This document shows, one piece after another, positions 1 to 12,635 of a DNA stretch of 64,000 bases (position 1 is the first letter of the stretch; every line of letters begins with the position of its first letter). The stretch comes from Malacoraja senta. Taxonomy: Eukaryota. The notes under the pieces are model-generated. The model was not told the origin of the DNA and did no database searches. It worked only from the letters and a program-made list of their open reading frames with translations. The stretch spans positions 2,420,001-2,484,000 of the forward strand of contig CM075993.1 of assembly GCA_038087875.1 (NCBI GenBank). Reading direction: 5' to 3'. Made by a program: the position numbers and the translations under genes.

Positions 1-29
1 ACCAGCATCTGCAGTTCCTTCCTACTATC

Positions 30-225
30 TACCTCATTGGAGACTATCATTTATCGGACGCTATTTGCTTTATCTTGCACTAAACATTATTCTCTTATCA
101 TGTATCTGTCCAGTGTGAATGGCTCGATCGTAATCATGTATTGTCTTTCCGCTGACTCGATAGCACGCAACAAAGGCTTTTCACTGTACCTCGGTACACG
201 TGACAATAAACTAAAACTGAAACTA
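30..225 (+). mobile_element. Recurrent retroposon 3' end (Rex1/L2-type, inferred)
   Basis: cttgcactaaac...gctgact...tcactgtacctcggtacacgtgacaataaactaaac; copies at about 2325-2485(-), 5455-5730(-), 10455-10615(+), 24205-24475(+), 56410-56630(-). Confidence 0.6.
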
Positions 226-1020
226 GAATCATAGAAACATAGACAATAGGTGCAGGAGTAGGCCATTCGGCCCTTCGAGCCAGCACCACCATTCAATATG
301 ATCATGGCTGATCATCCAAAACCAGTACCCCGTTCCTGCTTTAGGTAGAATGGCAGTGCAGGTTCGAAGGGCCGAATGGCCTACTCCTGCACCTATTTTC
401 TATGTTTCTATGTTTCTATGTTTCTCCCCATATCCCTTGATTCCCTTAGCTCTAAGAGCTAAATCTAAATCTAATTGGTCTCCACTGCCTTGTGTGGCAG
501 GGAATTCCATAGATTCAGAGGGAAGTCTGTCCAAGTCAACCAGCAAGTTGAGAATATGGTGAATGCAGGGAAAATTTAAAGTTGAAATTGGTGAGTAAAA
601 TGAGCAAATAAACAGTTGATGCCCTTCAGTGGAAAAAATATAACGAAATGCAATTTGGAAATAAGGATTAGGTTGAAAACTGCTCATAACTGCTAAGGCT
701 TCCACTGGAGTCACAAGGGCTTTAGTGTGGAGGGCGTTAAAAGTGACAGCTAAAGCGAAAAAAGTATTAAAATTGGAAATGAAATCCTTAGCTTTGTATC
801 CAGAGGCAGAAAATACAGATGCAAGTATACAATACCAGACTGTTTTGTCACCTTGCACCATTTTGTATGCTCTTTAGCATATTAAAACAGTCGAATTGGT
901 GCCATGCAGATGGGATAATATTTAGGCGTTACAATTATGAAGGAAGGTACTGGAAATTTTCCTCTAAATGAGATGGGCTGATGAAAGATCATGGAAAAAT
1001 AACGTGATGGTTTACTTGCG

Positions 1021-1218
1021 TAGGAAGGAACTGCAGATGCTGGCTTAAACCGGAGATACACACCAAAAGCTGGAGTAACGCAGCAGGACAGCAGCATCTC
1101 TGGAGAGAAGGAATGGGTGACGTCACCCGTTCCTTCTCTCCAGAGATGCTGCCTGAGTTACACCAGCTTTTTTGCATCTATCTTCGGTTTAAGCCAGCAT
1201 CTGCAGTTCCTTCCTACA
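1021..1218. repeat. Fold-back palindrome of Penelope-end repeat
   Basis: About 100-bp inverted arms with axis inside gggtgacgtcaccc (1115-1128). Similar fold-backs at about 8868-9078, 13888-14072, 14718-14878, 15567-15770, 25374-25520, 27116-27260, 29120-29418, 30075-30250, 32810-33060, 37062-37280, 38937-39155, 51235-51520. Confidence 0.88.
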
Positions 1219-1632
1219 CCTCTAAGAATTGTGTATGTTTCAATGAGATCATCTCCCATTCTACTCTGTTTAAGAAGGAACTGCAGATGCTGGAAAATCA
1301 GTCTGAAGAAGGGTTTCGGCCCAAAACGTTGCCTATTTCCTTCGCTCCATAGATGCTGCTGCACCCGCTGAATTTTTCCAGTACTTTTGTCTCCCATTCT
1401 ACTCTGCTCTGCAGTGTATAAGTCTGCTTTATATCACATTAAATGACAACCTCCCAACCCTGAGATCCCTAATGACCATTGGTGTCCCGCCTAGTTGCAA
1501 TCATTGCATGTGGCGATATGCACTGTGCAATCATCCTACTTATATTTGAATATCACTGTACCTTAATTGGTACACGTGACAATAAAAGACCTTTGAAATC
1601 TTTATATTAGATGGCTCCTGTGGTCTATAATG

Positions 1633-2260
1633 ACATAGAAACATAGAAACATAGAAAATAGGTGCAGGAGTAGGCCATCCCATCCCTGCCTTCTCTCCAT
1701 ACCCCCTGATCCCTTTAGCCACAAGGGCCACATCTAACTCCCTCTTAAATATAGCCAATGAACTGGCCTCAATTACCTTCTGTGGCAGAGAATTCCACAG
1801 ATTCACCACTCTCTGTGTAAAAAATGATTTTCTCATCTCGGTCCTAAAAGACTTCCCTCTTATCCTTAAACTGTGACCCCTTGTTCTGGACTTCCCCAAC
1901 ATCGGGAATAATCTTCCTGCATCTAGCCTGTCCAACCCCTTAAGAATTTTGTAAGTTTCTATAAGATCCCCCCTCAATCTTCTAAATTCTAGCGTGTACA
2001 AGCCGAGTCTATCCAGTCTTTCTTCATATGAAAGTCCTGCCATCCCAGGAATCAATCTGGTGAACCTTCTCTGTACTCCCTCTATGGCAAGAATGTCTTT
2101 CCTCAGATTAGGAGACCAAAACTGTATGCAATACTCCAGGTGTGGTCTCACCAAGACCCTGTACAACTGCAGTAGAACCTCCCTGCTCTTATACTCAAAT
2201 CCTTTTGCTATGAATGCTAACATACCATTTGCTTTCTTCACTGCCTGCTGCACCTGCATG
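1633..2260 (-). mobile_element. CR1-clade LINE 3' fragment
   Basis: ORF2 C-terminus (LYRVLVRPHLEYC, RRLRGDLIETYKI, RTRGHSL, FFTQRVVNLWNSLP) and (tttctatg)n tail. Confidence 0.92.
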
Positions 2261-2498
2261 CCCTCATTACATCTGCATTACAAAGTGGTGTTGCTTGTTT
2301 TTGACTTAGTGCTGGACAGATTTTAGTTTAGTTTAGACTATAATTTATTATTATTCTCATGTGTACTGAGGTACAGTCCAAAGCTTTTTTGTTGCGTGCT
2401 ATCCAGTCAGTGGAAAGACCGTACATGATTACAATCAAGCTGCCCACAGTGTACAGATACTGGATGAAGGAAATAATGTTTAGTTTCATATATGATTT

Positions 2499-2850
2499 AT
2501 GAATATTGATTTCTCTAACTTCAAGTAACCCCTGCATCCCCTCTCTCTCTCCATCCTCCCCCACCCAAGTCACACCAGCTTTTTATTCCCACCTATCAAG
2601 CATCTAACAATAGCCTGTTTCCTTTATCATTTGGACTTTCTTGCATATCTTTTATTCATTTGTTCTATATCTCATTACATCACTGTCTATATCACTCATT
2701 TCCCTTTCCCACGACTTTCAGTCTGAAGAAGGGTCTTGACCCGAAACATCACCCATTCCTTCTCTCCAGTGATGCTGCCTGTCCCGCTGAGTTACTCCGG
2801 CATTTTGTGTCTGTCTTCGGTTTAAACCAGCATCTGAAGTTCCTTCCTCT
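2499..2850 (+). mobile_element. Penelope-like element 3' end
   Basis: Starts MNIDFSNFK*, pyrimidine-rich UTR, ctgaagaagggtcttgacccgaaac at 2723-2747, then the common terminal repeat. Similar piece at 16590-16852. Confidence 0.78.
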
Positions 2851-3875
2851 ACAATATTCCTACACAATATAGAAGCCTCCACCTTCTTTAAAAGGTCTAA
2901 AGAAGGGATTCCAATTCTTTCTCCATCACCCATTCCTTCTCTCCAGAGATGCTGCCTGTCCCGCTGAGTTACTCCAGCATTTCATATCTATCTTCGTCGT
3001 AAACCAACATCAGTAGTTCCTTCCTAAACTTTAAGTCTCTCTGAAGGAAATGTATGGAGGGAGGGGAAGGTGTGTGTAACAATCCACGACACATGGTCGT
3101 GCCAAATTCCATCTGTTACTCCAATGGCAGAATCTTGAGATCACACATAGGACTCATCAGTCATATCAGGATCAACAGAGCTTCAGTGCAAAAAAGTCTT
3201 GCACAACAAGTCTAGCTCAGAAGAAGTGTGGTATGTTTTGTGTCTTTGAAGAGCCCATAACCATGAGATATTAGATGTAACGTTTTCGAATGAATCGCAT
3301 ATTATTCTCTGCTCTGCTGTTGCTCTTTGATAACATATGATTAATTAACCTCTTCTGGCCGTCAGCAGTCTCATAGATATTAGGCATTTATATTTTATAA
3401 TATATTTACTAGGGCAGATTTATTTTTAACATTCAAAGCTAAACAGATTCAATAAGCTACGTCATGTTGAAATAAATTAATCCTTGGTTCATCTGAACAG
3501 TATTTCAAACAAATGTTTGGAAGTAATAAATTGCTTTGAAATTTTTTAGCTATTGTTTTTCAAAGCAGTGGGAATTTCGCACACAGTGGATATCAAGAAG
3601 GAGAAGAAAGATCTCGATCTGAAACATCGCCTATTCCTTTTCTCCAGAGATGCTGCCTAACCCGCTGAGTTACTCCAGCTTTTTGTGTATGTCACGGCGC
3701 CAGAGACCCGGGTCCGATCCTGACTACTGGTGCTGTCTGTACGGAGTTTGCACGTTCTCCCGTGTGGGTTTTCTCCAGCTCCTCCAGATTCCTCCCACAT
3801 GCCAAAGACGTTGCAGTTTTAGTTTTAGATTTTTAGTTTTAGAGGGACAGCGCAGAAACGGGCCCTTCGCCCATC

Positions 3876-4450
3876 AATAGACAATAGACAATAGGTGCAG
3901 GAGTAGGCCAATCGGCCCTTCGAGCCAGCACCGCCATTCAATGTGATCATGGCTGATCATCCCCAATCAGTACCCCATTCCTGCCTTCTCCCCATATCCC
4001 CTGACTCCGCTATTTTTAAGAGCCCTATCTCGCTCTCTCTTGAAAGCATCCAGAGAACCTGCCTCCACCGCCCTCTGAGGCAGGGAATTCCACAGACTCA
4101 CCACTCTCTGTGAGAAAAAGTGTTTCCTCGTCTCCGTTCTAAATGGCTTACTCCTTATTCTTAAACTGTGGCCCCTGGTTCTGGACTCCCCCAACATCGG
4201 GCACATGTTTCCTGCCTCTAGCGTGTCCAAGCCCTTAACAATCTTATATGTTTCAATGAGATCCCCTCTCATCCTACTAACCTCCAGAGTGTACAAGGCC
4301 AGCTGCTCCATTCTCTCAGCATATGACAGTCCCGCCATCCCGGGAATTAACCTTGTAAACCTACGCTGCACTCCGTCAATAGCAAGAATGTCCTTCCTCA
4401 AATTAGGGGACCAAAACTGCACACAATACCCCAGGTGTGGTCTCAATAGG
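3876..4450 (-). mobile_element. CR1-clade LINE 3' fragment (second subfamily, ctattgt tail), nested in SINEs
   Basis: ORF 3967-4446 with the same CR1 motifs; tail aatagacaatagac. Confidence 0.92.
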
Positions 4451-6217
4451 GCTCTGTCTCCATCGTGTCCTCATCGACCAACGATCCCCGCACATCAGGG
4501 GCAATTCACACTTATACCAAACCAATTAACCTACAAACCTGCACGTCTTTTGGAGTGTGGGAGGAAACTGAAGATCTCGGAGAAAACCTATGTGGTCACG
4601 GGGAGAACGTACAAACTCCGTACAGACAGCACCCGTAGTCGGGATCGAACCCGGGTCTCTGACGCTGCAAGTGCTGTAAGGCAGCAACTCTACCGCTGCG
4701 CCACCGTGAATTAATTGGCTTCAGTAAAGATGGTGAATTTCTGTCTCCCTTGTGTATGTAGGATGGAACTAGTGTACGGGTGATCGCTAGTCGGCGTGGA
4801 CTCGATGGGCTGAAGGGCCAGTGTCTATGCTATATTTCTAGACTCGAAAGTCTAAAACTCTCAAAGCGTGTTGATTGGAATTGTTACAGCATTGAATGTG
4901 ATCCGTGAAACAGTTCGACCTTCAACCAGGACAACAAAACAAATTCATAGGAGGGGGGACTTCATTGAAAAGTACAGAGTAGTGAAAGGCTTGGATAGAG
5001 TGGATGTGGAGAGGATGTTTCCACTAGTGGGAGAGTCTAGGACCAGAGGTCACAGCCTCAGAATTAATGGACGTTCCTTTAGGAAGGAGATGAAGAGGAA
5101 TTTCTTTAGTCAGAGGGTGATGAATCTGTGGAATTCTTTGCCACAGATGGATCTGGAGGCCGTCAATGGATATTTTAAAGACCAGACATACAGTGTTATT
5201 TATGTCTGCTATATTCTGTTGTGCTGAAGCAAAGCAAGAATTTCATTGCCCCTATCTGGGACACATGACAATAAACTCTCTTGAATCTTGAATCCTTGAT
5301 TCTTGATTAGTGCGGGTGTCAGAGGTTATGGGGAGAAGACAGGAGAATGGGGTTAGGAGGGAAAGATAGATCAGCCATGATTGAATGACGGAGTAGACTT
5401 GATGGGCCGAATGGCCTAATTCTGCTCCTATCACTTATCATGATCTTATGAAGCCATCCACAGTATACAGATACAGGATAAAGGGAATAGTGTTTAGTGC
5501 AAGTCAGTAAAGTCCCATAAAGGATGGTCCGAGGGTCTCCAATGTAGGTCAGGACCACTCTCTAGTTGGTGATAGGATGGTTCAGTTTCTGATAACAGCT
5601 GGGAAGAAACTGTCCCTGAATCTGGAGGTGTGCGTTTTCACACTTCGCTCCCTCTTGCCTGACGGGAGAGTGGGGAAGAGGGAGTGACCGGGGGTGAGAC
5701 TGGTCCTTGATGATGCTGCTGGCCTTGCTGAGGCTTGACAGTTTCGGCCTCCCGCCAACACTGTGAACAGTAGGTCCTGTCCCTACTGTTGTACTGCTCT
5801 ATGCTCTATATTCTACATATACTGGAGATTTACCAATTTTTCTTCATCACCAGCTTAACTGGCTGTTAATCTCATTCATTTTGGGTGGCGTTCAGTTTTA
5901 CACAGATTGGCTGCTCAGTTGTCTCTGTTTGCCTCCCCGTATGTGAAACGCTAAAGGTAACGAGCAGAACAGCAACCAGAAAGACAGATGGTACCTTGGC
6001 TTAAATTACCGGCGGATGGAATACAGGGGAAAGGAAGTCCTACAAGAGCTCTACAGGGGGTTGGTGAAACGTCTCCCAAACTCCTGTGTACAATATGGTC
6101 TCTTTATTTAGGCAGGGATCTACAGGGAGACTACATAACCAACCTTCCTTGGATTAATTCCTGGGGTAAAAGAATCATCATATAAAGAAAATGGGCAGAA
6201 TGTGTCTACATTCTCTT

Positions 6218-6828
6218 AGAGTCATAGAGTGATACAGTGTGGAAACAGGCCCTTCGGCCCAACTTGCCCACACCGGCCAACATGTCCCAGCTACACTAGT
6301 CATAGAGTGATTCAGTGTGGAAACAGGCCCTTCGGCCCAACTTGCCCACACCGGCCAACATGTCCAGCTACACTAGTCATAGAGTGATTCAGTGTGGAAA
6401 CAGGCCCTTCGGCCCAACTTGCCCACACCGGCCAACATGTCCCAGCTACACTAGTCATAGAGTGATTCAGTGTGGAAACAGGCCCTTCGGCCCAACTTGC
6501 CCACACCGGCCAACATGTCCCAGCTACACTCGTCCCGCCTGCCTGCATTTGGTCCATGTCCCTCCAAACCTGTCCTATCCATGTGCCTGTCTAACTGCTT
6601 CTTAAACGTTGTGATAGTCCCAGCCTTAACTACCTCCTCTGGCAGCTTGTTCCAAACACCCACCACCCTTTGTGTGAAAAGGTTACCCCTCAGATTCCTA
6701 TTAAATATTTCTCCCTTCACCTTGAACCTATGTCCTCTGGTCCTTAATTCACCTACTCTGAGTAAGAGACGTTGTGCATCTACCCGATCTATTCCTCTCA
6801 TGATTTTTATACATCTCTATAAGATCAC
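6218..6828 (-). mobile_element. CR1-clade LINE 3' fragment with its terminal 78 bp reiterated four times
   Basis: ORF 6451-6801 (MRGIDRVD..RTRGH..FTQRVVGVWNKLP); units start 6220, 6298, 6375, 6453. Confidence 0.9.
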
Positions 6829-7123
6829 GATGTTGGGGAAGTCCAGGACAAGGGGTCACAGCTTAAGGATAAGGGGGAAATCCTTTAAGACCGAGATGAG
6901 GAAAAACTTTTTCACACAGAGAGTGGTGAATCTCTGGAACTCTCTGCCACAGAGGGTAGTTGAGGCCAGTTCATTGGCTATATTTAAGAGGGAGTTAGAT
7001 GTGGCCCTTGTGGCTAAAGGGATCAGGGGGTATGGAGAGAAGGCAGGTACGGGATACTGAGTTGGATGATCAGCCATGATCATATTGAATGGCGGTGCAA
7101 GGCTCGAAAGGGCCGAATGGCCC
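6829..7123 (+). mobile_element. CR1-clade LINE 3' fragment running into gap
   Basis: MLGKSRTRGHSLRIRGKSFKTEMRKNFFTQRVVNLWNSLP plus 3' UTR. Confidence 0.9.
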
Positions 7124-7323
7124 NNNNNNNNNNNNNNNNNNNNNNNNNNNNNNNNNNNNNNNNNNNNNNNNNNNNNNNNNNNNNNNNNNNNNNNNNNNNN
7201 NNNNNNNNNNNNNNNNNNNNNNNNNNNNNNNNNNNNNNNNNNNNNNNNNNNNNNNNNNNNNNNNNNNNNNNNNNNNNNNNNNNNNNNNNNNNNNNNNNNN
7301 NNNNNNNNNNNNNNNNNNNNNNN
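7124..7323. other. Assembly gap (200 N)
   Basis: Run of N. Confidence 1.
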
Positions 7324-7562
7324 ATTATTTCTGTTTGCTCTTTGTGGTAAGTTAAGATTACACAGAATGCTAATCCTTTTTTTTTGTTAAAGGTAATGGT
7401 GGTTTCTTTGAAAAGTTACATTGGAATCAAGCTTGTGATTGCAATGTAAATCAGCGATTTCTATGAGATTGGTCCTCGTTCATCATTTCTCAACAGATTG
7501 TGATTGTCAGCTCTGATTTCTATCGGTTACATATGATGTTTTTAACGGTGATACCATCGTTA

Positions 7563-7928
7563 TGGCCCTGTCCCACCTAGGCTATTTTTAGGCGACTGTC
7601 ATAGTCGTAGCAGGTCGCTGAAAATACGGTGACAGGACCCCCCCTTCGACATACAATTTGAAATAGAATCATTACTTTCACAAGAAAAATAAACGAAGTC
7701 AGCACCGGTGACAACCTACGTTAACTTGGCGACAACCTACGACAACACCTACGTCAGGAGAAGTCAAGCTACGCTCATTGGCGTCAAGCCAACTGTCGCT
7801 GACTGTCTCCGAAAAGTTTTGAACGTTTCAAAATCCAGCGGCGATCAGAAAAACGCTACGATTCTTTGGGCGACTGAGGAGAAGTCATCCGTAGTCGCCT
7901 AAAAAATCGCCTAAGTGGGACAGGGACA
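7563..7928. mobile_element. PIF/Harbinger-type MITE
   Basis: TIR tggccctgtcccacctagg / cctaagtgggacagggaca; flanks TTA and TAA. Confidence 0.75.
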
Positions 7929-8033
7929 TAAGTAACTACCAGCAGCTGCCAGTTATCAGGCTTCAATAGTGGACGCAGCCCAGACCATCACACAAGCCAA
8001 ACTCCCTTCTATTGACTCCATTTATACCTCATG

Positions 8034-8061
8034 CTGAAGAAGGGTCTCGACCCGAAACGTC
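8034..8061 (+). ncRNA. Minimal type I hammerhead ribozyme motif (Penelope-associated, subfamily A)
   Basis: CTGAAGA-A-GGGT-CTCG-ACCC-GAAAC-GTC: both conserved core boxes, 4-bp stem II, GUC triplet; stem I weak or absent in this copy. Activity not shown. Confidence 0.55.
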
Positions 8062-9966
8062 ACCCATTCCTTCTCTCCAGAGTTGCTGTCTGTCCCGCTG
8101 AGTTATTCCAGCATTTTGTGTCTATCTGTAAATTGTCCCTGGTGTGTAGGATAGAACGAATGTACAGGTGATCGATGGTCGGCAAGGAGGACTCGGTGTG
8201 CCGAATGGCCTGTTTGGTCAGCATGGGCAAGATGGGCCGAAGGGCCTGTTTCCACGCTGTATCTCTAAATAAAACTAGTGTAGATGGGGCATGTTGGTCA
8301 GCATGGGCAAGATGGGCTGAAGGGCCTGTTTGCATGCTGTATGGTTCGATGACTCTAAACTCTTCCAAATCCATTGGCGGCATAAGCAAATAACTCAATG
8401 CTTACTCCTAGTTCAGCATCTCAAGCAAAGATGTTAATTACACTCATGTACAAATATTATTCTAAGTCAAAGTTTTATAATTATCAAAGATTCAGCGTCC
8501 ATGACTGATGTCTGAGACCTTTAAGATAATGAACTAGTTATTCTCGATGTAGGGAAGGTATTTTCAGTTCTGAATCAAAACTAGGCCTCATAAATATGTG
8601 ATAAGCACCAGTAAATCCCAAGACATATTCCGGAATTTTCTTTTTCTAATCCAGAGGGTTGAAAGCAGAAATAAGTTAGCTCAAGGAAAATAGTTTAGAT
8701 GAGAAAAACAGTAAATCTTACGATAATCTGGATCTTAAGATAATCTAGATAAACAACTGATGGAGTCACAGTGTCAGAGTCAAACAGTGTGGCCTTTCGG
8801 CCCAACTTGCCATGCCATTTAACATGCTCCATTTCGCTCCATTCCCGATAGCTCCATTTCTCTGAAGATAGACACAAAAAGCTGGAGTAACTCAGCGGGG
8901 ACAGGCAGCATCTCTGGAGAGAAGGAAGGAATGGGTGACGTTTCAGGTCGAGACCTTTCTTCCGACCCGAAACGTCACCCATTCCTTCTCTCCAGAGATG
9001 CTGCCCTGTCCAGCTGAGTTACTCCAGCTTTATGTGTCTACTTTCGGTTTAAACCAGCATCTGCAGTTCCTTCCTACGCAGTCATCTAACAAAGCCCTCA
9101 ACTCCATTGGTCCTAGCTGCCCACGTCTGGCCCACATCCCTTTAAACCTGTCCTGTTCTATATACCTGTCCAAATATTTCTTAAATATTGTGATAGCACC
9201 CGCCTCAAGTACCTCCTCTGGCAGCTTGTTCCATACAGCTGTTGTGCAAAAAAGGCAGTGTGTGAGGGTGGTCTTTGTCCTGCCATTAATGCCTTGGTGA
9301 GAGAGCTATTAGTTTTCACAGCAGGACTCCATTTTGAAAATTAATAGGGGAAGAGCAATTCAGTTTGAGTTTGATTGGACTGTAAATTGTGACTCTAAAT
9401 GCCTTTTAACCAGTGATTGGGTCTACACTCTGGTGAGGTTGAGTATAGACTTATTGGTGCCTTCCCAATCAATATATACCAATCAATATATACCAATCAA
9501 TATATATAGAAAAGCAATACCGGGCAGGCTTATGTCCTTACTTTGAGTGCATGGATCATTCGTTCACATAATGTATGAATCACTAGTTAGACCAGCATTT
9601 ATTATCTTTATTTATTGTCCATGAGACAAATTGCTAGGTTGTGGCTGGGGAGCAGTCGAGTCAAACAAAGGGATGGGTTGCTGAAGGAGGGGGTGATACT
9701 GAGAGGGATAGTGAGGGGTAAGGGGTGAGGTGGGTCGATTGGGCAAAGGGTCGACATGGAAAAAATTCTCGGATGAATCTTGAAGAGCACTTTTAACAGT
9801 TCATGTTAAAAAAAGTAGGTGAATCCAGGATCAGAGGCCATAGACTCGGAATAAAAGGTTGTACCTTTGGAAAGGAAATGAGAAGGAATTTCTTTACTCA
9901 GAGGACGTGAATCTGTGGATTCAACCAGCAGTCGACCAGCGGGGTACCTTGAGTGGGACTTTGAGA

Positions 9967-10260
9967 ATACCTTAAGAATAAGGGGTAGCCATTTAGAACG
10001 GAGACGAGGAAACACTTTTTCACACAGAGAGTTGTGAGTCTGTGGAATTCTCTGCCTCAGAGGGCGGTGAGGCCGGTTCTCTGGATACTTTCAAGAGAGA
10101 ACTTGATAGGGCTCTTAAAGATAGCGGCGTCAGGGGATATGGGGAGAAGGCAGGAACGGGGTACTGATTGGGGATGATCAGCCATGATCACATTGAATGG
10201 TAGTGCTGGCTCGAAGGGCCGAATGGCCTACTCCTGCACCTATTGTATATTGTCTATTGA
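9967..10260 (+). mobile_element. CR1-clade LINE 3' end
   Basis: FFTQRVVSLWNSLPQR-coding sequence and gggccgaatggcctactcctgcacctattg tail. Confidence 0.85.
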
Positions 10261-11009
10261 CTTGAACCCAGTAAACTTTTACTTCGAAAGCAAATGTGTT
10301 TCAAGCCACCTCCTGAAATGGCCGACTAGCTGTATTATGACTGCCATGTAAATCCTCAGGTTTCTCCATTCTCAACCCTATTCAAGTGGTGGACAGTTGG
10401 AAAAATTTAATAAGGCCAATATTTGTGGACAGGCAATAATCTTGCACTAAAGACTTTATCTTGCACTAAACGTATTCCCATTATCATGTATCTATCCACT
10501 GTAAATATCTTGGATTGTAATCATGTGTTGTCTTTCTGCTGACTGGTTAGCACGCAACGAAAGCTTCACACTGTACCTCAGTACACGTGACAATAAACTG
10601 AACTGAAATTGAACATTAGTCTTAACACTAACCCAAAAAAATGAAGACCAAAACAAAAGAATCATTGTTGATGAAGGCATGCTTCGCTAAAGATAAATTC
10701 AGAGCTCGATGTCAATGTTCGAAAGCTCCCTGTTTCTCCTCCACATGCAATGCTGGAATTGGTGAAATTGTTAAATTAATAACAACTGGTATTTAATATG
10801 TGAAAGCTTCAAACTCAGCCTGAGTTTTGCGACTTCTCGATCAATATTTCATCTGGTAACTATTAAATATTTTTGTGCCAGATTCGGTTTTACTGCAAGC
10901 GGACTGGTGTGAGATATCGTGGACAACTTCTCCACATTTCATTTAAAAAAAATCGATACAGGCAGGATGTAAATTTAAATTTAGTAACAAAACTAAGGTT
11001 TACGTCGAT

Positions 11010-11310
11010 ATGTATGTATAGTCCCTTCGGCCCACTGGGTCCGCGCTGACCAGCGATCCCCACAACTAAACACTATCCTACACACACACTAGGGACAATT
11101 TTTACACATACACCAAGCCAATTAACCTACATACCTGCACGTCTTTGGAGTGTGGGAGGAAACCGAAGATCTCGGAGAAAACCCACATAGGTCAAGGGGA
11201 GAACGTACAAACTCCGTACAGACAGCACCCGTAGTCGGGATCGAACCCGGATCTCCGGCGCTGCATTCGCTGTAAGGCAGCAACCCTACCGCTGCGCCAC
11301 CGTGACCGCC
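11010..11310 (-). mobile_element. tRNA-derived SINE, same family
   Basis: A/B boxes and core as at 31734-32053. Confidence 0.87.
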
Positions 11311-11762
11311 CTATACACGTGTATATATGTATGTATATATATTTTGTTTGTTTATTATTATTTGTTTTACTAAGTACAATGTCTACATTTGTGTTGTGCT
11401 GCTGCAAGTAAGAATTTCATCATTCTGTTTAGGGACAAATGTCAAGAAAACACTCTTGATTCTTGGCCCCTCAATGGTAGAGTTTTGGGGAGAATTGATG
11501 AGAATGTGGCAAGAATAATTCATAGAAATTCATAGAAGATTAGTGTAAATCGTTGGCTCAGTCTGTTAGACGTAAAGCAATTGGAGAGAGTATACATGAA
11601 GAATCCCTCTTAATTTTTTAATATAAAAGTTGACAGCTCAAACCTGGACCTCACACATAATTTAGTTTCAATGTGAAATTAAGCTCCGTCTGCCTGTTCA
11701 GCTGGATGTTAATTATCTTTCAAAACCATGTGAAGAAGACCAAGAGATGTTGGCCTGACTAA

Positions 11763-11978
11763 AGGGCCTGTCCCACTTGGCCGTCATTTGCACGTCATGC
11801 AGGTGGCGCGCGAAGATTTTGTATATCACAAAATCCTGCAACGCAGCGAGCGGCCGCGCGTCACTGCCTATGTCATCACGCACCATGCGCGCGTAATGGG
11901 CATCACGTGTGTGTCACGACGTGCGTAAATGATGTCGCGTAAATTACGCGCAAATGATGGCCAAGTGGGACAGGCCCT
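11763..11978. mobile_element. PIF/Harbinger-type MITE
   Basis: TIR agggcctgtcccacttggcc / ggccaagtgggacaggccct, TAA on both sides. Confidence 0.85.
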
Positions 11979-12635
11979 TAAAGTTACTGAACTCCATGTA
12001 ATATCTCAAAGAATGAAAGATTAATCTACCGGAAGCAGCTTTGTGGCATCCAGCTCACAAATCAAGAGAATTCATCTCGTAATCTGTTTATTAATTGAGC
12101 GGAAATTAGGAGCCCCATTTCACCAAATTAAAGCACAAGGTACAACATGCTTTGGCTAAACGCTTATTACGAAGAGCTTAACAATTCTTAATGCAAAAGG
12201 TGGCTCGTTTGAGCGGAGAGTTTGACAAAATTGCAGAGTGAACTAATGCTGCTGATAGTGATTGAAGATAAAATACTATCAAGTTGGAGAAAGATACAGC
12301 ACTGAAACAGATCCTTCTTGCTGGGCTGACCATTAATCAACAATGTTCTCCGCACACGGGGGTGGCACGGTGGAGCAGCGGTAGAGTTGCTGCCTCACAG
12401 TGCCAGTGACCCAGGTTCGATCCTGACTACTGGGTGATGTCTGTAGGGAGTTTGTACGTTCTCCATGTGGATCTTCTCTGGTGCATGGGGAAACCGGAGC
12501 ACCCTGAGAAAACCCACAAGGTCACAGGGAGAACAAACTCACTCTGTACAGTCAGCACCCACAGTCAGGATCAAACCCGGGTCTCTGGCGCTGTGAGGCA
12601 GCAACTCCACTGCTGCGCCACCGTGCCGCCCACGT

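Noticed and set aside
400..861. 153-aa minus-strand ORF
   Set aside because: Antisense to a highly degraded CR1 RT-like fragment; no recognisable protein.
6220..6530. Regularly spaced repeats resembling a CRISPR array (also 44036-44275)
   Set aside because: Contiguous tandem units without unique spacers, eukaryotic context, no cas genes.
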